Origin: an uncultured Flavobacteriales bacterium
GTDB lineage: Bacteria; Bacteroidota; Bacteroidia; Flavobacteriales; UBA7312
Assembly: GCA_963990215.1 (NCBI GenBank)
Contig: CAXDKI010000001.1
Coordinates: forward strand, 1-24,390
Length of the DNA: 24,390 nucleotides
Reading direction: 5' to 3'
Part shown: piece by piece, positions 19,641-24,390 of the stretch
How the letters are laid out: every line of letters starts with the position of its first letter
How positions within the stretch are numbered: the stretch's first letter is position 1
Made by a program: the position numbers and the translations under genes
The notes under the pieces: generated by a model
Seen by the model: the letters and a program-made list of their open reading frames with translations, nothing else
What the model was told of the DNA's origin: nothing
Database searches by the model: none

Positions 19641-20056
19641 TAAATGGTAGCGATAACTTTTAGTTCGATAGCAATAGGGGTTGGTAAACTTTTAATTTCT
19701 ACCGTAGTTCTACAAGGCTGATTGTCTGCAAAATATTCAGCATACATACGATTATAAACCTTGAAATCGTCTTTCATGTTGGTTAGGAAAACAGTTACAT
19801 CAACCACTTTATCCCAAGAAGATCCTGATTCTTCCACAATGGTTCGTACATTTTTAAAAACCGAATGACACTGCTCCTCTATATCGTAAGAAAGAATATT
19901 TCCTTGATTATCTAACTCTACTCCAGGAATCTTTTTGGCTCCTTTTTCTCTTGGTCCAACTCCGGATAAAAACAACAGACCTCCTACCTTGCGCGCATGT
20001 GGGTAAAGCCCCACTGGCTCAGGCGCTTTGCTTGACTCAATCTTTTTACTACTCAT
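19640..20056 (-). CDS. RidA/YjgF family deaminase, resembling the 2-aminomuconate deaminase subgroup
   Basis: APEPVGLYPHA, LFLSGVGPR, VVDVTVFL, conserved Arg in PCRTTVE, LPTPIAIELKVIA. Confidence 0.88.
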   Translation of the reverse strand: MSSKKIESSKAPEPVGLYPHARKVGGLLFLSGVGPREKGAKKIPGVELDNQGNILSYDIEEQCHSVFKNVRTIVEESGSSWDKVVDVTVFLTNMKDDFKVYNRMYAEYFADNQPCRTTVEIKSLPTPIAIELKVIATI

Positions 20057-20077
20057 AACCCCTTGATATTAAGAGGG

Positions 20078-20085
20078 CAAAAGTA
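20078..20085 (-). promoter_or_regulatory. -7 promoter element TACTTTTG for ridA-ileS-dksA-lspA
   Basis: Exact TAnnTTTG match 21 nt before the ATG at 20056. Confidence 0.6.
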
Positions 20086-20211
20086 AGGATTGGTTACTAG
20101 ATAAGCAACGGAAATAAGAGAATTCATAAAATGCAGCTTTGTTTTTAAATCTTTCCAACATCTATTAATTCAAGAGCAAGAATTTAAAACCAATCTAAAG
20201 GGTTAAAACAT

Positions 20212-20219
20212 TATTTTTG
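20212..20219 (+). promoter_or_regulatory. -7 promoter element TATTTTTG, 5 nt before the beta-barrel gene ATG
   Basis: TATTTTTG-CACGC-ATG; same core and spacing as the asd promoter. Confidence 0.65.
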
Positions 20220-20224
20220 CACGC

Positions 20225-22720
20225 ATGAAGAATATAATTATTGGGCTATTTATTGCATTACCTATTTGTTTATCTGCTCAAAGACCCAATATGGGAGGTG
20301 GAGATTTTAGAAAGGGAAACGCTTCACAACACATAGGTGTTGTTTCTGGAAAATTAGTGGATGCTGAAGACGGCTCCTCTCTTTCTTTTGCGAATGTTCG
20401 TTTATTTCGATTCAACGATGTTTTATTAGAAGGAACTATTACGGATGAAGCGGGGGGCTTTGAATTTGGCAAACTAGCGCTAGCAAACGGCTATCTGCTT
20501 ATAAACTATATGGGTTATAAGGAAAAGCGAGTGGATATTAGTTTGAACAAAAACAAGAAAATAGAATACTTAGGTAAAGTAAAAGTAGCGCGTTCAGCAG
20601 TTAACTTGCAGGAAGTTTCGATTGATGAAGAAAAACCGATATACGAAGCCAAGATGGAGAAGATTGTTTACAATGCTGAAAACGACCTTAACGAATCCTT
20701 AGATGATGCTACGGATGTATTGCGCAAAACACCGCTACTATCGGTAGACATGGACGGAAAAGTGAGTTTGAGAGGCTCTCAAAAGGTGAAGTTTTTAGTG
20801 AATGGAAAGGAGTCCACTTTCTTTAACGGATCTTCCTCTGATGCGCTTAAAATGATTCCAGCAGATGAAATTAAAAGCGTAGAAGTGATTACCTCTCCTA
20901 CTGCAAAATATGAGGGGGAGGGAGACGCAGGAATTATCAACATCATCACTAAAAAAAAGCAGATAGTAGGGTTTAACGCTACAGTAAACGGATCTGTAGG
21001 CACACGCGTTAATCGTCAATCATTTAACTTAAATATCGGAAAAGGAAAATTCGGAATATCTTCTAGAGCAATGGTTCGATACGGATGGGAATTGCCGGGG
21101 CAAGGGTTCAGTTTTAGAGATGACAAAAATAACCAAACTACACTTATACAAATAGACTCTACTAGAGGACAGTGGATAGGTTTTGGAGGCAACACCGAAG
21201 TGTATTATGATATCAACCCTTACAATAGTATTGTGTCTAATATAAGTTACAGAGGCAACAAACAAACACGTAAAAACTGGTCTCAAGACAGTCTCTACAC
21301 TAATAATTTTGGCTTAGAGGGAAAGAATCAGATTACAGCATTTATTGACTCTTTAAGAGATATTGGAATGATTGAGGTCAATAGATATACAGATTCAGAA
21401 AATTTCCGAAATTCATATGAGTGGACCACAGATTATGTGAAGAAATTTTCAGACCATGAAGACAGAGAGCTTAGTATAGCTTTTCAGTTAGGTTTTGATA
21501 TTCGTGATGATGACACATATGTATTGACTAATCAAGAAAATGATACTGTTTGGAATAGAAATGATGCGAACCCTCTAACTAAAGTCATACAGCTAGATTA
21601 TGTTCACCCAATTGAAGATAAGCACACAGTTGAGGTTGGGGTAAAATATATTGATCGAGATATGATTTCGCAATACTCAACATGGAATGAAGGTGTTTTA
21701 ACGCAGCCTTATGAACAGTTTGACTACAATCAAAAAGTTACAGCGGCTTATGTGTCTACTAAATGGGAGCTTAACAAAAAGTGGGGAATGGTGGCAGGCT
21801 TAAGAGCAGAGCACACCCAGATATCTGGGCAATGGAATGAGCAACTAAGCGGAGAGTGGGTTCAAAATGAAAAAGACACTTTTCAAAACAAATACTTAAC
21901 ACTTTTACCAAACCTTATTTTCTCTTATAAAATTGATATGCTTCAGTCTATAAAATTCAGCTATAGCAAACGCTTGTCAAGACCAGGGATTTACTATATA
22001 AACACAAATTCTGTAACTAATGACATATTAAATATTGAGAAAGGAAACCCCTACCTAAAACCTTCTAATTCACATAATGTAGAAATTGGGTATAATAATT
22101 TTTCAGGAAAATATAAGGGTAGTTATTACTTGTTTGCTAAACATTCTACAAACTTAATTGAACCAATTGTAACAATGAATGGAGATACTGCTATTACAAA
22201 CTATGAAAACCTTAGAGAAAATAATTCGGTTGGAATAAATTATTACGGATCTATTTCATTTAATAATCTTGATTTAAGAGCGGGTTTTAATTTGTATACG
22301 TTTCAAACAACAAGAGCAAACTTGGGTCGTATTTTGTACAATTGGAACACGGGAGGAAGTTATGATTTAGGTAAAGGATATAAGATGGAAACCTGGGGCT
22401 TTTTCCGCTCACCTACAGCGACTTCGCAAGGCTACATCCCTTCTTTTTCAATGTTTAGTATAGGCGCAAAAAAAGAGTTTAATAATAAAAAAGGGTCTTT
22501 AGGAGTTCGAGTTATACAACCATTTAAGCAGTTCAAATCTTTTGAAACCGAAGTAAATGGAAATGGGTTTTACACCTATTCTAATAATGAAACATTATTC
22601 CGCTCTATAGGTATTAGTTTCAAATATACATTTGGAGAGATGAAGTTCAAAGCCATTAAAAACAAAACCAACATTTCAAATGATGATTTGATCCAGGGTG
22701 GTGGAGAAGGAGATTATTAA
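20225..22720 (+). CDS. Outer-membrane beta-barrel / TonB-dependent-receptor-like protein with N-terminal carboxypeptidase-regulatory-like domain and plug
   Basis: Signal peptide ending LSA-Q; SGKLVD...GTITDEAGGF; plug LRKTPLLSVD...IPADEIKSVEVITSPTAKYEGEG.AGIINI; barrel YSKRLSRP, GNPYLKP, ISFKYTFG. Confidence 0.85.
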   Translation: MKNIIIGLFIALPICLSAQRPNMGGGDFRKGNASQHIGVVSGKLVDAEDGSSLSFANVRLFRFNDVLLEGTITDEAGGFEFGKLALANGYLLINYMGYKEKRVDISLNKNKKIEYLGKVKVARSAVNLQEVSIDEEKPIYEAKMEKIVYNAENDLNESLDDATDVLRKTPLLSVDMDGKVSLRGSQKVKFLVNGKESTFFNGSSSDALKMIPADEIKSVEVITSPTAKYEGEGDAGIINIITKKKQIVGFNATVNGSVGTRVNRQSFNLNIGKGKFGISSRAMVRYGWELPGQGFSFRDDKNNQTTLIQIDSTRGQWIGFGGNTEVYYDINPYNSIVSNISYRGNKQTRKNWSQDSLYTNNFGLEGKNQITAFIDSLRDIGMIEVNRYTDSENFRNSYEWTTDYVKKFSDHEDRELSIAFQLGFDIRDDDTYVLTNQENDTVWNRNDANPLTKVIQLDYVHPIEDKHTVEVGVKYIDRDMISQYSTWNEGVLTQPYEQFDYNQKVTAAYVSTKWELNKKWGMVAGLRAEHTQISGQWNEQLSGEWVQNEKDTFQNKYLTLLPNLIFSYKIDMLQSIKFSYSKRLSRPGIYYINTNSVTNDILNIEKGNPYLKPSNSHNVEIGYNNFSGKYKGSYYLFAKHSTNLIEPIVTMNGDTAITNYENLRENNSVGINYYGSISFNNLDLRAGFNLYTFQTTRANLGRILYNWNTGGSYDLGKGYKMETWGFFRSPTATSQGYIPSFSMFSIGAKKEFNNKKGSLGVRVIQPFKQFKSFETEVNGNGFYTYSNNETLFRSIGISFKYTFGEMKFKAIKNKTNISNDDLIQGGGEGDY

Positions 22721-22740
22721 TCTTTTTACAGAATGAATTG

Positions 22741-22767
22741 AAGCCTCGCTTTTTGCGGGGCTTTTTT
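22741..22767 (+). terminator. Rho-independent terminator after the beta-barrel gene
   Basis: AAGCCTCGC-TTTTT-GCGGGGCTT stem (one G:U) followed by a T tract. Confidence 0.85.
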
Positions 22768-22784
22768 ATGCTTATTTTTATCGC

Positions 22785-23009
22785 GTGAGCAAATTAATTG
22801 TGGAGTGTTGCGCCAACTCGGTGCAGTCAGCTATCAACGGACAAACCGGAGGTGCAGGGCGTATAGAATTGTGCGCAAATATAGAACAAGGAGGAACAAA
22901 CCCTTCCGCATCAAGCATATGCTTGGCACGGAAGGTATTAGATGTTGATTTGTATGTGCTCATTCGTCCAAGAATCGGGAATTTTGTGTATTCCGATTAT
23001 GATTTGTGA
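22785..23009 (+). pseudogene. cutC: Copper homeostasis protein CutC, 5' fragment only (74 aa, GTG start)
   Basis: VECCANSVQSA..G..GGAGRIELCANIEQGGTNPS...VLIRPRIGNFVYS is the CutC N-terminus. It stops at codon 75, whereas full CutC is about 240-250 aa. Confidence 0.85.
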
Positions 23010-23313
23010 ATTGAAAAACAAGGGAGTAAAGTCTAAAACATTGTTTACCTTTTCTGTAAAAGAGATGAATATTGAACAGCCAAACATTCAAACGCAATGG
23101 AAAGGGGACACGATTTTTCTAAACACGGACACCCCTGCTTTTCAAGTTTATCTGCACGGAATAGATGAGCGATTTTCTGACAACTTTTTCACACTTTTAC
23201 CAAACAAAGAAAAATCAGTTGTGTGTACAGGAGCGGATAAAAAAGGATTGAAAATATACACCTTGGCAGATTTAAAAGATAAAGAACAAAAAAACAGAAA
23301 TTATGTCAAATAG
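22999..23313 (+). pseudogene. C-terminal Ig-like tail of a GH2 beta-mannosidase (catalytic domain missing)
   Basis: LF.FSVKEMNIEQPNI...IFLNTDTPAFQVYL...FSDNFFTLLP.KEK matches the FSDNYFDLLPGE-type C-terminus. Out of frame with cutC; overlaps the next start by 11 bp. Confidence 0.65.
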
Positions 23314-24283
23314 AAGGAGGTTTATAAAAGGAGGCGTTTTGGGCGCTGTCGGAGCGGCTATTTTCCCAAAAATCGCCTTTTCCCTAAGCAAAACAAACCC
23401 TCATTCGAACAGCGGTTTTCCGATGGTTATCTCTACTTGGACACATGGTATACCCGCCAATGAGGCAGCCATGGAAGTGCTTTTAAAAGGAGGAACTGCT
23501 ATTGATGCAGTAGAGGCAGGCGCGCGTGTTCCGGAGGCAGATCCAGAATCGATGTCGGTGGGTTATGGCGGATTGCCCGATAGAGATGGGCATGTAACAT
23601 TAGACGCTTGCATTATGGATCACACAGGGAATTGCGGTTCGGTAAGTTTTCTGCAGCATATTAAACACCCCATATCGGTAGCAAGAAAAGTGATGGACGA
23701 CACACCTCATGTTATGCTTTCTGGTTCAGGAGCGCTCAAGTTTGCATTAGAAAAAGGTTTTCCAAAAGAAGATTTATTAACTGATAAAGCGCGTAGGCGT
23801 TGGGAAGAGTGGTTGAAAGATTCTCAATACAAACCTATTATCAATATAGAAAACCATGATACTATTGGACTATTAGCTTTGGATCAAAAAGGAGACATCT
23901 CAGGGGCCTGTACTACCTCAGGACTATCCTATAAAATGCACGGCCGTGTAGGCGACTCGCCTATTATTGGCGCCGGTATGTTTATAGATAATGAGGTGGG
24001 CGGCTGTTGCGCAACGGGAGTTGGTGAGGCTGTAATGAAAACTCTTGGCTCTTTTTTAATTGTAGAACTGATGCGTCAAGGAGCTAGTCCACAAGAAGCT
24101 TGCGAAGAAGGGATTGCTCGTATTGTGAAAAATCAAAATTATAAGGATATGCAAATTGGCTATTTAGCCATCAATAAACAAGGAAGGCATGGCGCATATG
24201 CAGTACATCCTTGGTTTAATTACGCATTACATCAAGGGGGATCCAACGAATTGATTGATTCACCATCGTACATTCAAAAATAA
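23303..24283 (+). CDS. N(4)-(beta-N-acetylglucosaminyl)-L-asparaginase (glycosylasparaginase, Ntn hydrolase), Tat-exported
   Basis: Twin-arginine SNRRRFIK; ISTW; SVGYGGLPDRDGHVTLDACIMD; autocleavage NHD/T187-IG; TTSGL, GRVGDSPIIGAG, ATGVGE. Confidence 0.9.
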   Translation: MSNRRRFIKGGVLGAVGAAIFPKIAFSLSKTNPHSNSGFPMVISTWTHGIPANEAAMEVLLKGGTAIDAVEAGARVPEADPESMSVGYGGLPDRDGHVTLDACIMDHTGNCGSVSFLQHIKHPISVARKVMDDTPHVMLSGSGALKFALEKGFPKEDLLTDKARRRWEEWLKDSQYKPIINIENHDTIGLLALDQKGDISGACTTSGLSYKMHGRVGDSPIIGAGMFIDNEVGGCCATGVGEAVMKTLGSFLIVELMRQGASPQEACEEGIARIVKNQNYKDMQIGYLAINKQGRHGAYAVHPWFNYALHQGGSNELIDSPSYIQK

Positions 24284-24346
24284 TGCGATACATCATTGGA
24301 ATATATTTGTTTTTGGCGGCATGTAGTCAACCACAACCAATAGAGG
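24283..24346 (+). CDS. 5' end of a lipoprotein gene (truncated by the adapter); product unknown, possibly a glycoside hydrolase
   Basis: TAATG overlap with the asparaginase stop; MRYIIGIYLFLAA-C-SQPQPIE with lipobox LAAC. Confidence 0.6.
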
Positions 24347-24390
24347 CTGTCTCTTATACACATCTCCGAGCCCACGAGACGTAGAGGAAT
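24347..24390 (-). other. Illumina Nextera i7 adapter remnant, inverted copy of 3..46; library artefact
   Basis: CTGTCTCTTATACACATCT (24347..24365), CCGAGCCCACGAGAC, GTAGAGGA, AT. Confidence 0.98.

Noticed and set aside
20059-20076. Weak hairpin (CCTCTT/AAGGGG on the minus strand) in the ridA-ileS leader; possible T-box or riboswitch
   Set aside because: The leader is only about 20 nt and the stem 6 bp with a wobble; there is no room for a T-box or attenuator.
188-22963. Numerous 60-155 aa ORFs antisense to or nested in the main genes (e.g. 525..875, 2405..2809, 12548..13012, 13960..14271, 15578..15928)
   Set aside because: They are shadow frames of well-supported genes, with no recognisable motifs or independent expression signals.
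23007-23036. TGA ending cutC as possible readthrough, selenocysteine or alternative genetic code
   Set aside because: The frame after TGA gives IEKQGSKV then TAA with no CutC similarity, and TGA is used as a normal stop elsewhere (ricT).
47-24346. Search for CRISPR arrays, tRNA/rRNA, integrases, toxin-antitoxin or defence genes
   Set aside because: None seen. The longest intergenic gaps are about 170 bp and contain no repeat-spacer or cloverleaf pattern.
3-24390. Apparent 24-kb composite transposon with 44-bp terminal inverted repeats
   Set aside because: The repeats are the synthetic Tn5 mosaic end plus Nextera primer and index. There is no transposase and the cargo is housekeeping genes.

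Overview
A 24.3-kb, AT-rich, very densely packed housekeeping segment of a Bacteroidota chromosome, most likely Flavobacteriales. The taxon call rests on gldH, TAnnTTTG promoters, no Shine-Dalgarno motifs at the starts inspected, and an ileS-dksA-lspA operon. The insert (47..24346) is flanked by 44-bp inverted Illumina Nextera adapters, which are a library artefact. Gene order: holB (partial), ricT/PSP1, gldH, PBP1A, scoA, scoB (+); ABC ATPase, lipB, PGI/PMI (-); lysS, gpsA (+); uvrC (-); asd (+); lspA, dksA-like, ileS, RidA-family (-); OM beta-barrel, cutC fragment, GH2 tail, glycosylasparaginase, partial lipoprotein (+). I saw no RNA genes, CRISPR, prophage or natural mobile element, and no clearly new multi-gene system. 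The best signals are: (i) gene-erosion scars in which the middles of genes seem deleted while the ends carrying promoter or coupling signals are kept (a 100-aa head-to-tail relic of a large secreted protein, a cutC::beta-mannosidase fusion scar, a signal-peptide stump after lipB); (ii) several promoters that sit directly against start codons, including a 29-bp back-to-back divergent pair; (iii) a type-2 IleRS with the non-canonical GXHH motif; (iv) the 0-bp gldH-PBP1A junction. Family assignments come from motif recognition, not database searches.
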